A stretch of DNA of 64,000 nt from Psammoneis japonica (Eukaryota): assembly GCA_008632985.1 (NCBI GenBank), contig QPGO01000109.1, forward strand, positions 1-64,000, given 5' to 3'. Made by a program: the position numbers and the translations under genes. Below, in pieces: positions 12,120-25,631 of the stretch. The notes below the pieces were generated by a model. That model searched no databases. It saw only the letters and a list, made by a program, of their open reading frames with translations, and was not told the DNA's origin. How positions within the stretch are numbered: the stretch's first letter is position 1; the number at the start of each line of letters is the position of its first letter.

Positions 12120-14010
12120 ATGATTTTGTGCCCTTGACCACTTTGCGCCCTTTTTGATTTTGTGCCAATGGCCGCCTTTTTTGCTCTTCCTGGTTTTTTG
12201 CCGTTGGCCACTTTGTGCCCTTTGTGCCTTTGTGACTTTTGCACTGTCCTTGGCCAATTTGTGCCCTTTGCAACTTTGTGCCCTCAGCTGCCACCACGCA
12301 CTCTCGCTCCGTTCAGTGATTTTTTTTGTGCCCCAGGAAAGTTTGTGCCCTTTGTGTTTTTGTGCCCTCAACTCCCATTTTTTGTCATTTTTTGTTTTGT
12401 GCCCTTGGCCATTTTGCACCTTTGAGATTTTGCGTGCATTTTCGCATTTTCGCGTTTTTGCATTTTTGCGTTTTCACATTTTCGCGTTATCGCATTTTCG
12501 CACCCTCGCTTGCACTTTCGCATTTTTGCTCGCATTTTCGCACTCTCGCATTTGGCGCTGGGGGCACCTTTGAGATTTTGTGCCCTCAGCCATGTTGCGC
12601 AATTCTTGGTTTTGTGCTCTTGACCTTTTTGTGCCCTTGGCTGCTTTGCGCCCTTTTCTTTTTTTGTGCCCTTGGGCACTTTGCCCTGTCTCGTGGTTTT
12701 GTGCCCTTGGCCATTTTGCGCCCTTTGCAACTTTGTGCCCTTTGCCATTTTGTGCCTTTTTTGGTTTTGGGCCCTCAGCCGCATTTGGTGCCCCTCATGA
12801 TTTTGTGCCTTCAGGAATTTTTGGCCATTGTGGTTTTGTGCCTTTTGCCGTTTTGGACCCTTTCTGATTTTTTGCCCTTGGCAGCTTTGTGCCCTCAGCC
12901 ACCATTTTGCACCCTCAGTCATTTTGTGACCTCAGCAGCTTTGTGCCCCTGCCTGGTTTGTGCCCTTTGTGGTTTGGCGCCCTCAACAGAATTTTTTGTC
13001 CTTTTTGATTTTGTGCCCTTGGCCATTTTGCTGGTCACGACAGAGCTGCGGAACAACAAGAACCTGCCCGATGAAGAGCGCGGGGCAAAGAAGAGAAAGT
13101 GCGCGAGATGCCTGAAGTGCTTCGTGGCAGAGAACTCCAAGAACGGAGACGCGGAATGGAGCGCACCCAGGGGACGCAAAAAGGAGGATTTTTGCAGGAA
13201 GACTGTGGCAGAGTGTGGCAGGAAAGTGGGGGAGGGGGGCAGCATGTTGGGGAGCGAGGAAAGCCACGTGACGGGCTGCGCTGAGATGCGTGGGCTGGAG
13301 CCAGCACCTGTTTGGCAGACAATGTGTGAAAAGCGGCAGTCACGCTTGTTGCAAATGACATTGCAGACACAATCTAAATTGAGCGGCTGTGCTCCACGGC
13401 GCCAGCTGGAGAGCAGCTGGAGAAGGGTGCATTTTCGCATTTCCGCATTTTCGCATTTCCGCATTTTCGCATTTTCGCATTTTCGCATTTTCGCATTTTC
13501 GCATTTTCGCATTTTCGCATTTTCGCATTTGGCGCTGGGGGCACCTTTGAGATTTTGTGCCCTCAGCCATGTTGCACAATTCTTGGTTTTGTGCCCTTGA
13601 CCTTTTTGTGCCCTTGGCTGCTTTGTGCCCTTTCCTTTTTTTGTGCCCTTGAGCACTTTGCCCTGTCTCGTGGTTTTGTGCCCTTGGCCATTTTGCGCCC
13701 TTTGTGACTTTGTGCCCTTTGCCATTTTGCGCCTTTTTTGGTTTTGGGCCCTCAGCCGCATTTGGTGCCCCTCATGATTTTGTGCCTTCAGGAATTTTTG
13801 GCCATTGTGGTTTTGTGCCTTTTGCCATTTTCGACCCTTTCTGATTTTTTGCCCTTGGCAGCTTTGTGCCCTCAGCCACCATTTTGCACCCTCAGTCATT
13901 TTGTGAGCTCAGCAATTTTGTGCCCCTGCCTGGTTTGTGCCCTTTGTGATTTGGCACCCTCAACAGACACCTTTTGTCCTTTTTGATTTTGTGCCCTTGG
14001 CCATTTTGCT
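12120..14010 (-). repeat. Degenerate reverse-complement copies of the 17/20-bp minisatellite, interleaved with other repeats
   Basis: Recurring 'ttttgtgcccttggccattttg', the reverse complement of the 5891-7410 unit; paralog ~31575-32400. Confidence 0.85.
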
Positions 14011-14409
14011 GGTCAAGACAGAGCTGCAGAACAACAAGAACCTGCCCAACGAAGAACGCGGGGCAAAGAAGAGAAAGTGCGTGAGATGCCTGAAGCACTT
14101 CACGGCAGGGAACTCCAAGAACGGAGATGCGGAAGGGAGTGCACCCAGGAAACGCAAGAGGGAGGATTTTTGCAGGAAGATTGTGGCAGAGCGTGACAGG
14201 AAAGTGGAGGAGGGGGGCAACGGGTTGGGGGATGAGGAAAGCCACGTGGTGGGTTGCACTGAGACAAATGAGCTGGAGCCAACACCTGTTTGGCAGACAA
14301 TGTGTGAAAAGCGGCAGTCACGTTTGTTGCAAATGACACTGCAGACACAATCTAAATTGAGCGACTGCACTCCACTGCGCCAGCCGGAGAGCAGCTGGAG
14401 AAGGGCACA

Positions 14410-14950
14410 ACACAAGCGGCGCTTTGGGAAGCCAGCCAACCGATCTGTTGTCAGCCAGCTGTCCAATGTGTTTGAGTGGGTGCGCCAGAGTTTTTGGCCC
14501 GTTCGCTTTCTGCATGGCCTGGAACAACCCAAATCTGTGCAGACTCAGTGCGCTTTGCCCTGCAGAACAGTTTTTGGGAGTGTTTTCTGGCTCGCGGCTC
14601 AAAATGACATGCAAAACAGCACGGACAATGGTGTTTTGCCAAATTGAAAAATGCGATCATCTCTGAGGTCGGAACCTGGATGCTCTCAACAGAGTTTGAC
14701 ACATTGCGTCATCTTCTGCAAGACAAGGTCAAGAACATCCAGGTTCATGTGGGTGGATCATGGTGAAAATTCTTGCTGAAGGCTCGCATTGACAACGTCG
14801 CTTCTGTTGCATCACGACCAACCTTGTGCATTGCCATTCATGCTGTGTGTTTTGTCGGGGCTTTGTGCGCTTGTGACCGTTTGGCTCATGCGCGATTTCT
14901 CTTTCTGCGCTGTTCTTTTGTTCTGCAGGGTCTCCGTTGTCGCGAGGCAT
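14410..14950 (-). pseudogene. Possible Harbinger/DDE_Tnp_4-like transposase fragment; paralog ~32810-33340
   Basis: Minus strand 'KTHSMNGNAQ', 'HPGSDLRDDRIF', 'VCTDLGCS' loosely match K.HS.N.Q / PGS..D / D.GY if Tyr is restored. Confidence 0.25.
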
Positions 14951-15635
14951 CTGACAGAATTCGAAGAAGAGCTGGATGCCGGCATGTCACTCTCTGGCTG
15001 AAACACATCCAGCTGCTGTGTGCAAAAAGCCTCTCAACTTGAGCTGTGCGGCAAATGGTCCAGCTGGCAACCGGCTGCTTGATGGCCTGGGCTCGAATCC
15101 TGGGCATCGCATTTTTCAAGTCGTTGGGTCGGATTTGGTCGAGTTGGTCAATCTTGATCAAATCCTGTCATGGCACGATTCTCAGAGTGACGCGCGTGTC
15201 TCTCTGTCTCAAAAACGGGGCATGCCTGCCTCGGGGGGACAGCATTGTTGGGAAGCCCCCCGCAAAACAGTCGGGGCAGAATGGGGTGTTGCCAGTGTGC
15301 AGAGGGCAGCCGCTCAGCATGCTTTGAACAAGGGGGGTGCAAAAAATTGCCCAGGGAGTTTGGAATCTGTCAGCGATGCAGTCGACATCAGCGCGCTGTG
15401 GGGAGTGCCATGCACTGCAACGAGAGTCCATGTTTGAGCCCTGTCTTCAACTCCGGCATCAAAGATGTGGGTGGGTCCCTTGACAGCAGCGGAGCTGTGT
15501 GACAGGAGTGATTCAACCTGCCCGTCCAAATGATCCTGGGTGGCTTGGAAACCTTGTGGGGGCGATTCGGTGACAGCCACATCTGACAGATTCACGACAC
15601 ATGGGGAGTGACAGAATTTGAAGAAGAGTTGAATG

Positions 15636-16031
15636 GACGTGTTCCAGATGCAGGTGGGAATCCGTGTGACATTGGGCCCGCAGACTTCTGCATGCGAGCT
15701 CCGCAGCAAAATCATGCGGCAATTGAAATGTCAATGATCGCCAACAGAAAATGAGGCAATTTTGCGAACGCACAAACTCGCACATGATTGAAGTGCATCA
15801 TTTTTTACTTGGCCAGTTGCATTCTTCAGACATTGAAGAATGCAGCTGGCGCATTGTTGTTTCTGTAAATTTGTCACACAAAACATCTGGGGCTTTGCAA
15901 AACAGCGAGTCTGGACAATTTTTTTTAAATGTCACACGCAGAAATCTACGTGCGAAACACACGATGGATGACAAAAATCATTGTTGTCACACATCAGCAC
16001 TGCGAGCTCCCACCCAGGGCTGGAACGCGTC
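15636..16031. mobile_element. MITE, GAC...GTC family, copy 2 (396 bp), TSD AATG
   Basis: 'gacgtgttccagatgcaggtggga...tcccacccagggctggaacgcgtc'; empty site 'gagttgaatgctggc' in the paralog at ~34420. Confidence 0.92.
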
Positions 16032-16899
16032 AATGCCGGCATGTCACTCTCTGGCTGAAACACATCCAGCTGCTGTGTGCAAAAAGCCTCTCGACTTGAG
16101 CTGCGCTGTGAATGGTTTGGTTGGCAACCGGTCACTTGATGGCCTGGGCTCGAATCCTGGGTGTCACATTTTTCAAGTCATTGGGTCGGATTTGGTCAAG
16201 TTGGTCAATCTTGATCAAATCCTGTCAGTGTCCCAGAGACACTTTTTCTTGTCAAGAATGTCGCCTCTGAAGCGCGATGGCCATGGCAATTGAACGACGA
16301 AGCCAAGTCACAGACACAGCATCAGGAAGAGTTCACAACAAACATGGCGACTTGGAGCCATGATGTCTCAAGCTGGGTGAGCTCTCAAGAGCTCAAACAC
16401 ATCATCGTGCAGTTTTGACAACATTTCTCCCCGACTGTCCATGGTGATGCAGAGTTTGATTTGGCAGACCAGTGCATCATGGTGGCTCTAAAGGCAAAGA
16501 TTGCTTCTTTTGGCTGCAAGGCAGCATGTGACCCAGAAACATGTGACTCATTTGCACTGTTTGTCAGCCAGTGCAACAACATCAGAGCGCAAATTGCAGC
16601 GATCCTGACCACCCTTCTCACAGGCAATTTTTGCTGCCGTCACAGGCACAAATGTCAAGGCTTCAATCCTTGACAGTTGTGTGGACCGTGGCTTTTTGTC
16701 ACATGTCACAGTGTGCAATTTTTCACCATGGGAACCCACCTTGTCCCATGGGATCCAACCCTTGACTGTCAGAATGCCGTCCCTTTTTACCTTTTCAATG
16801 CGAAATTCAAAACGTTTGGTCTGATGACAAGTCAATGCTGACCACTGCATTTCATGGGTTTGAGGAACCTTCCATTGTGAACACTGGTTGTCAAATGAA

Positions 16900-17660
16900 A
16901 GTTTGGATCATGCAACAATGACCATCAAAATGCTTCGTAGAACCCCACAACTGTTTGCATTGAACACTGATGCGCTGCTCACCCGCTTTCCATTCTCACA
17001 CCAACAAAAGCCTCCGCTGCATTTTCGTGCCGCAGCTCGCTCATCATCTGCATCTGCACTCGTCTTGCTTCCCTCGTCGCTTTCTTCATCCTCTTCCTTG
17101 CTGTCCTTGTCTCCTCTGTTCTTGTCCGTTGCCTTTTCCTCCTTCTCCTTGTTGTCGCTTGAAAGCTCTGTCGTTGCCTGTGTTCTTGCCTCCTTCCCCA
17201 CTGGCTTTTTCTTTCTTTTTGATCCCTTGCCTCTTTCACCACTCTTCCTTTTCTTGCCTTCGCTGCACCATGTGTCGAACTGCATGCCCTCCTCACTCAA
17301 CCTGTCTTTCTTCACTTCTGCAAGCAGTTCGTTGAATCGCAATGTCCCTGCATCCTTCCACGAGTCTCATTGCCTCGACGGGTCCATGTGCTTGGGTGTT
17401 GGTTCTGACTCTTCCTCATCCTCTTCGTCTGAGCCCCCCCAGCTCCAACAGTCTTGTCATGACGGGCCTTGTGCTCCGAACTGTTCCAGCAGTTTTCCAG
17501 CATCAACAGCCCCAGAGCCTCGTCGCTTGCTGTGGCCAGACCGGCTGCCTTCATCTCACCCATGGTGCTCTTCGTGAATTTCAGGACGTTTTCGCAGAAC
17601 CAAGCATGCGCTTCCTTGTTCTTGCGCTTGTCCTCCACAATCGTCTTCAACACTTAAAAT
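16900..17660 (-). pseudogene. Degenerate repeat-associated ORF family; homolog at 46579-47640
   Basis: 'WFCENVL...SDEALGLLMLENCW...RFNELLAEVKKDR' matches 'WFCDHI...GDEALAPSAMENRW...RFNDLCKEVTKDR'. Confidence 0.55.
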
Positions 17661-18612
17661 CTGATGCTTTTCATCAATGATTCTCTTTTCTCAATTGCAG
17701 CACAATTGAGAATCAACCAAATCTTTCAATGTGTGTGTTTTGTCAATTTTGCCATTCCTTGTCATCTTTTGAAAATTTCGAATCCATGCAAATTCCAGCT
17801 CAAACCTCTCTGTCGCTGCAATGTCAAAATCCACTTCCATGCTGTCAACAGCATGCACAAGCATTTTGCTCAAAACATCATTGTGAAAACGTGCACCTGT
17901 AAAAGTCATTTTTGCCGCAATGAACAAACCCCACACATGCTTCAACAGAACCAAGCATGCGCTCCCTTGTTCTTGCGCTTGTCCTCCACAATCGTCATCA
18001 CTGTCTCCTCCTCCCAAGTCACCAGGAACGGCTCTTCATCTGCTGTCTGATCGCTCTTCTTCCTCTTCTTGCTCTTCTTCCCTCCTTTGCCTCTCGCTGC
18101 CGGTTTCTTCTGACCGCGCATCCCCTTGGCTTTGTTGTCTGTCAACACAACTTCAGCAAACATGGGTGCACTTGCCAGCCGTTGCAATGTTCTTGATTGC
18201 CTGAGTGACCGTGCTCTTTTTCGCGTTGAGCCTGTGCCACTGTCGCCAATTGTGGGTGGCTCCATGCCTTGGTTCCCCAGTTCATTTCGCCATTGGGAAA
18301 TTTTCAAACCTCTCTTTAACACCAAAAATCTGATGCTTTTCATCAATGATTCTCTTTTCTCAATTGCAACACAATCGAGAATTAGCCAAATCTTTTGATG
18401 TGTGCATGATTCAACAATTTTGCCATTCCTTGTCATCTTTTGAAAATTTCGAATCCATGCAAATTCCAGTTCAAACCTCTCTGTTTTGCTGCAATGTCAA
18501 AATCCACTTCCATGCTGTTGACAGCATGCACAAGCATTTTGCTCAAAACATTGTGAAAACATGTGCCTGTAAAAGTCATTTTTGCCACAATGAACAAACC
18601 CCACACATGCTT
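17656..18612. repeat. Direct repeat of ~287 bp (17656-17942 and 18324-18612)
   Basis: 'aaaatctgatgcttttcatcaatgattctc...gaacaaaccccacacatgctt' occurs twice. Confidence 0.85.
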
Positions 18613-19136
18613 TGATGACATTCTGGTTTGCTGGTGGGGCTGCAGCACATCCATCCTTTTTGGCGCCAAATTGTTTTTTCCAGCCCACTTTGTCATCCCC
18701 CTCTAACCTTGTGGCTCTAAACCTGCTGCGTTGCCCAATGTCCAAACAATCAGTCATGCAAATGAAAGCCCTCGTCTCCACTCCGGCAAATCTCACAAAC
18801 TCGTTAACTTTGGCACGCCGCCATCTCTCCACCCAACGCATTTCCTCTCTCCTGCTGTGAAAGTTCTCCTGCTCATCCTCCTCCTCTGCAATTAAATCCA
18901 GTGTCCATTCATTGACTGTCCTTGGAGACAACAGGAAGAACTCCATTTCCTCACAGAACCACAGTCTTTCACACTGGAACCACTTTGCCAGCATCAACGC
19001 ATCGCAAACAATGCCCATTTTGTCCATCAACGGTCCACAAGTGCCTCCCCTTGGTGATGTTTCTCCCAACGGTCCACAAGTGCCTGTCTCGTCCATTCCA
19101 CAAGTTGGCAAGCTGACGCTTGACTTCTGTCTCAAT

Positions 19137-19525
19137 GATGGGCTCCAGTCCTGGGTGGGACTTTTTGTGACATTCGCCCCATGGAATTCCACGTGCGAGC
19201 TCTGCATTTCTTGCTTTGGTCAATGGACACATTTGTCTTTGACACAAAATGAACGGCCAAGTTTGCAGCACACATGTCTCTGTTCGCACTCAAAGTTTTG
19301 GACAGTGTGCCTGCCCCACACCACTCTTAAGACACTCGAGAATGGCGTAGAAGGAAAAAACATTAAAAGTTGTTGAATGGATCGCCTGATGATTGCACCA
19401 TAAAATCATGCAAAATTTTGCCAACATCACGCAGAAATGTGCGTGCGCGACACACGGCACGATTCAAAAAACTGTCGATGTCACAGTTCAGCAGTGCGAG
19501 GTCCCACCTAGACCTGGAATGTGTC
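19137..19525. mobile_element. MITE, GAC...GTC family, copy 3 (389 bp), TSD CAAT
   Basis: 'gatgggctccagtcctgggtgggac...gtcccacctagacctggaatgtgtc'; CAAT on both sides. Confidence 0.9.
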
Positions 19526-20141
19526 CAATGTTGAAATGTCTCCCCTGTCCATGACCAGTTTTGCATCATCAAACGCACCCGCTGCAAATTCATCCCGCAG
19601 CTCACTCTCTCCAAGGAGGGCAGGAATGCACACACGAAGGCACCCAAAGTGCCCTTTGCACAGAGAGTTGGCTTGTCTGGCAATGGAGAGTTCCTTGGAG
19701 AAGTGATCAAGGTCAGGAGGGTGCTTGGTTTGGACACAAGATGTGGTGGCGGAATCACATGAAGGAGCATTGTTTGAGAACGTGTGCCAGTTTTCCCGCA
19801 AGTTGTCCGCCAGGTGAAAGTCGGCGGAATGATGAAGCAACCGATCAGTGTTGGTGGCTTTGTCAATGATGTGCAGGTGTGACAAATGAGAAGCAACTTC
19901 CTCGGTGGTGGCGGGCCAACACTTGGACAGGTCAAAGTGATTGCAGAGTGTGGACTTGTCCAGCCACGACATGTCATCAGGGTTGCTGGGAGGAGACGCA
20001 ACCGCAGGAAGATTTGCTGAAACAGACGGAGGAGAAGAGCATGGTTTGGACAAAGGACCTTTGGAGGTGGGAGCAGGTTTTTGGTTTTCCATCATTTCTG
20101 AGAGTGACAGAAGTTTGGTGGTGAGAGTCCGGCGCGCCTCC

Positions 20142-20479
20142 AACGCGTTCCAGCCCCAGGTGGGAGCTCGCAGCACTGACGTGTGACACAAATGATTTTT
20201 GTCGTCCGTCGCATGTTTCGCACGTGCATTTCCATGTGTGGCATTTTAAAAAAATTGCCCAGAAGCACTGTTTTGCAAAGCCCCAGACATTTTGTGTGAT
20301 GAATTTGTGGAAACAACAATGCACCAGTTGCGTTCTTCAATGTCTGAAGAATGTAGCTGGCTGAGTAAAAAACGATGCACTTCACATTTTGGTTGCCGTG
20401 TGATTTTACTGCGGAGCTCGCACGCAGAATTCTGTGGGCCCAATGTCACACGGATTCCCACCTGTGCCTGGAGCGCTTC
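20142..20479. mobile_element. MITE, GAC...GTC family, copy 4 (338 bp), TSD CTCC
   Basis: 'aacgcgttccagccccaggtggga...tcccacctgtgcctggagcgcttc'; CTCC on both sides. Confidence 0.85.
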
Positions 20480-21299
20480 CTCCCCAGACAATGGCACATC
20501 ACCAGACAATGAAGGAGGTGCTGGTTTCGAGCGAGATGCAGGCTTGGCCTTCTTGTCAGGGACGGTCAAGGAAGGCTCTGGTGAGGCGTGTGCAGTCACA
20601 GAGTGTGAGAAGGGACATTGAGGCGACAGATGCAGGCAGAAAGGCAAAAGGCGGGAGGTGGGCGGGTTGCTTGCCATCGCACAAACAGGTGCCATCTTTG
20701 CGGATCCTCTTAATTTTGCGTTTGGTTTTAGATTTGCAATGTTGTTTGTCATCATCTTCCAAGCAGTCGGCCCTCTGATCGTGCACTCTGCAACAAAGCA
20801 TTGTGAGCTGCTTGCTGTGCCCAGGCCAGATGCCATTTTGCTCCTTGGGACAACGGTTTTCAAATTCATGATTCAACATGGAATTGATTTTTTCTTCATG
20901 AGCCTCCCGGCGTGCAAGGGAATCGCCTTGCATCATCACCGTGTTCTTGATGTTGCCGGTTGGGTCACCAAGGAACCCCTTGATCTCATCCACCTGGGAA
21001 CCAGGATCGTCAGCATTGCATGCATCAAGAAAGCTGTTGACAAAGAGGCGCCATTCCTTTTGGGCATTGACATGACAGAAAATCTTCAGGAACCAACAGC
21101 CCATGTCCTTGGGTTTGCACTGAATGTAACGCATGACGATGTCAGTGACAAAATGGGCTGACCAGATGCGGGATCATTTGGGTTGTCTCTGGCAATGATC
21201 ATGTGAACAAATTCTGCCATTGCCTGGATGTCACGGCGGAGAAGCACGCGGTTCTGCTGTTCCTTTTCTGTCTCTCCGGACATTTTTCGGCTTCGGTGA

Positions 21300-21500
21300 A
21301 CTCGAAATTTAAGTCAGTTCTCCGTTGCAAAGCTTCCAGCCCAGCTCTGATCCAACATGTGCAGGAGAAGTGCAGATGGTCTGACCCAGCGTGCAAATCT
21401 GTCGATTGGAAAGTTCACTCCAAACTGATGTCTTGCAACATGCGACGAAAGGTGAGCACCATGAAATTGGTTCAGGATCTGCTGCTGACAAACAACACAA
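21300..21500 (+). pseudogene. Non-LTR retrotransposon ORF fragment
   Basis: 'SPALIQHVQEKCRWSDPACKSVDWKVH...KLVQDLL' resembles the Y...KY.W....VDW motif with Tyr->His/Cys. Confidence 0.45.
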
Positions 21501-23479
21501 CAGCACACCCTCTTGTCAAATGCATTTTGGGGAGAGGGTGCGCTGCTGTGAAATGGGCAGAGCATTGCACACACAGAAAATGTGCCAAAATGCAGGCAGG
21601 GAGCTGCTGACTGGAAAACTGGTGGGTGCAGGTGAAAACAAGGTAATTTTTTGGTGTCATTGACAGAACACAAAAGAGGAGGGGAGGAGAGAGAGAGGAG
21701 AAGAGAGGAAAAGGGAAAAGAAGGGAGAAAGAGTTCAGCACTGCAAGTCCAAGTGTGTGTTGTCATGCTTCGTTTTGATGCAAAAAATCTGATTCTTTAG
21801 TGTGCCTCCAATGAACATGAAAAAGACACAAGCTTTGTAGAAACAAAGCAACAATGAATGCAAAACAGTTTTCCACATTCAAGTGAGACAACGCAGCGCA
21901 GAAAACCATCACAAAAAACCACCATGATGGCGCAGAAGCAGCCGATGCTTGATCATTGCCATCAAACCTTCTCTTGCAAACAACGCCAATGCAGGTCAAT
22001 TCCACATTTTACTCTGACATTGTGTGTCCAAGAAAACAGAGGTGAGAAAGTCCAAAAATGGGTGAAAGCTCCTTCTGTGTTTTTGCTGCTGTTGGCATTG
22101 CTTGATTCTCACACGGTTGGCAAGGAGTTGGGCCACGGTGACACCATCGATGGATGTTGGGAACACAAAATCGACTTTGCTGAAGAGCACACAACAAATC
22201 GCAGCTGCGAGCAGGGGCTGCAATGCAACAATGCCATCAATGGACCTTGGGAAAGGGGGGGCTGTGGAAACGCCGAGGGGCTGCGTGATGCCGTCGGGCC
22301 GTGGTGTCACCCTTGGGATGCCGGTCGAAAGTCAAAACAGCAGCAAGAGATGGAAATGGATGCACCTGTCATGAGGGCATGTTTGCTTTTTGTGCCAACA
22401 GAAGGCAAGTTTGTGGTCACTCTTGCTGGTGATTGCTGGTCCAGCTGAATGGCACGACAGCAGTGCAGTGTTGATTTCCTGACTGTGGATGCATCTGGTG
22501 CTCACACAAATGTTTGCCTCCACGTCCTTTGCAGTCTTGACATTGGCAAGCACGGCAAGTCCTCCTGCCCCTTCTCTCTTTGTCAGGGCCACGCAAGACT
22601 GCGGTGGAGCCATTGAAAAGCACTGTCAAAGTTGACATTTCCATGAATGTGCAACAAATTCATCAAAACAAAACTCATTTTTTGATGACAAAATGTGCAT
22701 TGAAAGTCTTTGGCAAATTTAAATCAAAACAAAAAGGCAACAATTGCACACATGAAAAGGAAATGAGAAATTCAACTTGACTCTTAAAATTTTTGTTGAA
22801 GTTGAACAATGATGACACACTTTTGTGCAATTCAATGTTCCAAAATTTACAAAGGAAAGTGAGCAACACTGTGTTGCGGCCTCTGATGAAATGTGGAGGG
22901 TGAAGGACGGGACAAATGGGTCATTGTGTCAAGTCTCAAAAGCAGCTCAAGAGTTTCAGCCAACAAGAATCATCAGCTTCATAATTTGTCAAGTGAGTGA
23001 ATGGCAAATGGTGTTGATTTGGCTGACAGCACAGCCAATGTGCAGGTGCGCCTTGACAATCTGTTGCACTGCACTCTGATGTTGCAGAACAAAAAGAACA
23101 ACTTTGGTTTACATTGATCCATCATGACAGAAGCACACGAGCTTTCCCTGGCCCTTTTGGAGCAATTGGGCAAGTGAAAGAGGAGCTGCAGAAAGAGATG
23201 TGGACGACTCCATTTTGATGCATGGTCATCACGTGGTGTTGTCGTGAGTCGCTGATGGGCATGCCATGCTTTCTGTTTTTGTGCTGCGTCTGTGCAGGAA
23301 TGCACGTGCTTGGCTCTCGTGCAGTTTCTGTGTAAAAAGTGCAGCAGGCTGTCTCCGGACCGCCCTCTTAAATGGAGCATCATGATGGAGTCAACTTTTT
23401 ACATTGCAGTCAACTTGTTGGTTTTGCACATCCTTGGTTGGCATCACCCTGAGACGATGTTGTGCCAAAACAAACTTGC

Positions 23480-23655
23480 TGAGTGAATGCAGTCATGCTG
23501 TTGCTGAGTGTGGTGTTTGGCAAAGACCATCACTGTCGCTGACACAGAGGGCGGCATGGAATGACCTCACAATTTTCTAGAACCTGTTGATTGCTGTGCC
23601 AACATTTTCCATCGCATCTTGTCAAATTCCTGGAGACTGTGGTGTGAATTGCTCA
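23480..23655 (+). repeat. 5' LTR of Copia B
   Basis: TGAG...CTCA; same length as and alignable with 29589-29764 and 9956-10131. Confidence 0.92.
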
Positions 23656-23770
23656 CTTTGTCAGAGCCAATGACGTCTCTCTTTGTTCTGCAGCCTGGAA
23701 CGGGCAATGGCGTGGCGGCCATTCTTTCGATTTTTGCGGCAAGCGCCATGGTCCATGGACGCTCGCGCAA

Positions 23771-24267
23771 CAGAAATTGTTCACTGCAAATGTGACACAG
23801 TTGTGAATGTGAACACAACTCGCTCGTTGGACCTGAGCAATGTGCAACGGAAATCAATCGTTGGAAACGATTTGATGTGCGCGCAATGCAGATGTGCACT
23901 GGGATGTGTTGAGCATGGAATTGTTGAGGAAATTGACACTCCGTTGATTTGCCGGTCTCAATGTCATTGGTTGAGCCAACTTTTGCCGTTGGCGATCGCG
24001 CACCAACTGCACAATGGAAAGACACACCATGACCTCACTTCAATCGAAATTGTTCACTGCAAATGTGACACAGTTGTGAATGTGAGCACAATTCGCTCGT
24101 TGGACCTGAGCAGTGCACAACAGAAATCAATCATTGGAAACAATTTAATGTGCGTGCAATGCTGATGTGCACCGGGACATGTTGAGTGTGGAGTTGTTGA
24201 GGAAATTGACACTCCGTTAATTTGCCGGTTTCAATGTCATTGGCTGAGCCAACTTTTGCCGTTGGCA
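23771..24267 (+). repeat. Two ~220-bp direct repeats (spacing ~273) in the Copia B leader
   Basis: 'gaaattgttcactgcaaatgtgacacagttgtgaatgtga...gagccaacttttgccgttggc' at ~23773 and ~24046. Confidence 0.85.
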
Positions 24268-24335
24268 TGAGAAAATCGAAACGAAACATGCACGCACGCA
24301 TGTCGTGCCTCTGATGGGGTTATTTTGACTGCACA

Positions 24336-25625
24336 ATGGCTGCCGCTGTCGCTTTCAATGCAGCCCTCACCCGGATTGGGTTTGACGATGCCACCAGGGC
24401 CCATGTTGTGGTGCAAGGGATCACCGATGCTGATTCCTGCCACCAAATCCCGCTGTCCGAGGTCGGAGACATGGTCAAGGGATTCGTCAAGGACGCTGTT
24501 GACAACCCAGCTGTGCAGTTCCCACACCTCTTGATCAGGAAGTTCAAGGCATTTTGAGCTTTTCTGGATTGGCAAACGACACGTGGACAGCCAAGGCAGG
24601 CCCAATCTTTCAACGACGCTGCAATCACTTGCTGAACAGAGTGTCTGAGTGAATTGTTGAACATCCAGAAGGACAAATCGGACGACAACTCCCCAAGCGC
24701 TACACCTCTGAGTCAGATGCACGATTTTTGCAATTGGGACGAGCTGTTTGGGACCAAGCTCCAGCACCGCCGCAATGCAGTTACGGGCGTTCCACTTTTG
24801 TGCGTTGTTTGCGAGACTTCGGAAGTCAACAATGAGGTGCGCAGTGCCACTCATTCGAACGTCGACAAGGACCTTGTCGCTGCCACGATCCATCAAGGGA
24901 ATTTGCATGACACTGACAACAAGCAGGTTTGTGATCTCTTGAAAAAGCTGATCATTGATGGGCCAGGGTGGGCCTTGATCAAACCACGCAAGAACCGCGC
25001 GCATGCTCAGATCACTGCCGCAAAATGCGCTGGGCGCGGTCGTCATGCGTTCAACCAGCATGAGCCGGTGGCAGAGACCAAGAAGGTCTCAGATTTCCTG
25101 AAGGGAATCACGGACCCAAGGTTGGAGACCGGAAAGAGCATCGCAGACGGCGACAAGGCAAAACTCTCCAGCTTTGATTTGTGTCAACAGCACATGAAGA
25201 CACTGGTCGAGAACTCAAAGAATCGGGTGACGGATCACCGCCAGATCGCAGCATTGGAACGGGACAACGCCAGGAACAGGAACCAAGGCCAGGGAAAAGG
25301 CAAGGTGAAAGACAAGCCCAGGATCAAGGCAGGCCATTGTCCCAAGGAAGAATGGGATGACCTCAACCAAGAGGAGAAGGCCAAAGTCAATGAGCTTTGG
25401 GAGAAGAAGAAGCGTGAGAAGAAGCGCCGAGCTGCTGCTCTGAAAACGGAGGAAACCAAAGAACCTTTGAGGAAACATTCCAAGGTGATGGTTGCTGATC
25501 CCAAGGACATTGAAAAGGAGAAAACCTCAAAGGAAAAAGGGGGTGCCGATGCTGGGAATCAGTTTGGGCGCAGAGCGCACAAGCCTGCGGCTGCAAGCAT
25601 TGCGGAAGCCAAGAAAAAGGAATGA
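24336..25625 (+). pseudogene. Copia B gag with internal stops
   Basis: 'FNAALTRIGFDDATRAHVVVQGI', 'GVPLLCVV' (cf. G.PL.YVV), 'DNKQVCDLLK...GPGWALIK', 'KVSDFLKGITDPRL'. Confidence 0.8.
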
Positions 25626-25631
25626 AAGGTC

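Larger units (their letters stand above)
9906..16524 (+). repeat. Segmental duplication copy 1 (paralog of 29539-34918)
   Basis: Colinear from 'tgcacagggtc.aattgatcctgcc' to 'gattgcttcttttggctg'; this copy has an extra ~1-kb internal duplication (12550-13428 vs 13529-14405) and a different MITE insertion. Confidence 0.9.

Noticed and set aside
10924..13899. FRIFAF / KCENAK repeat ORFs (also 29786-31336)
   Set aside because: Products of the 8-bp and 17-bp satellites.
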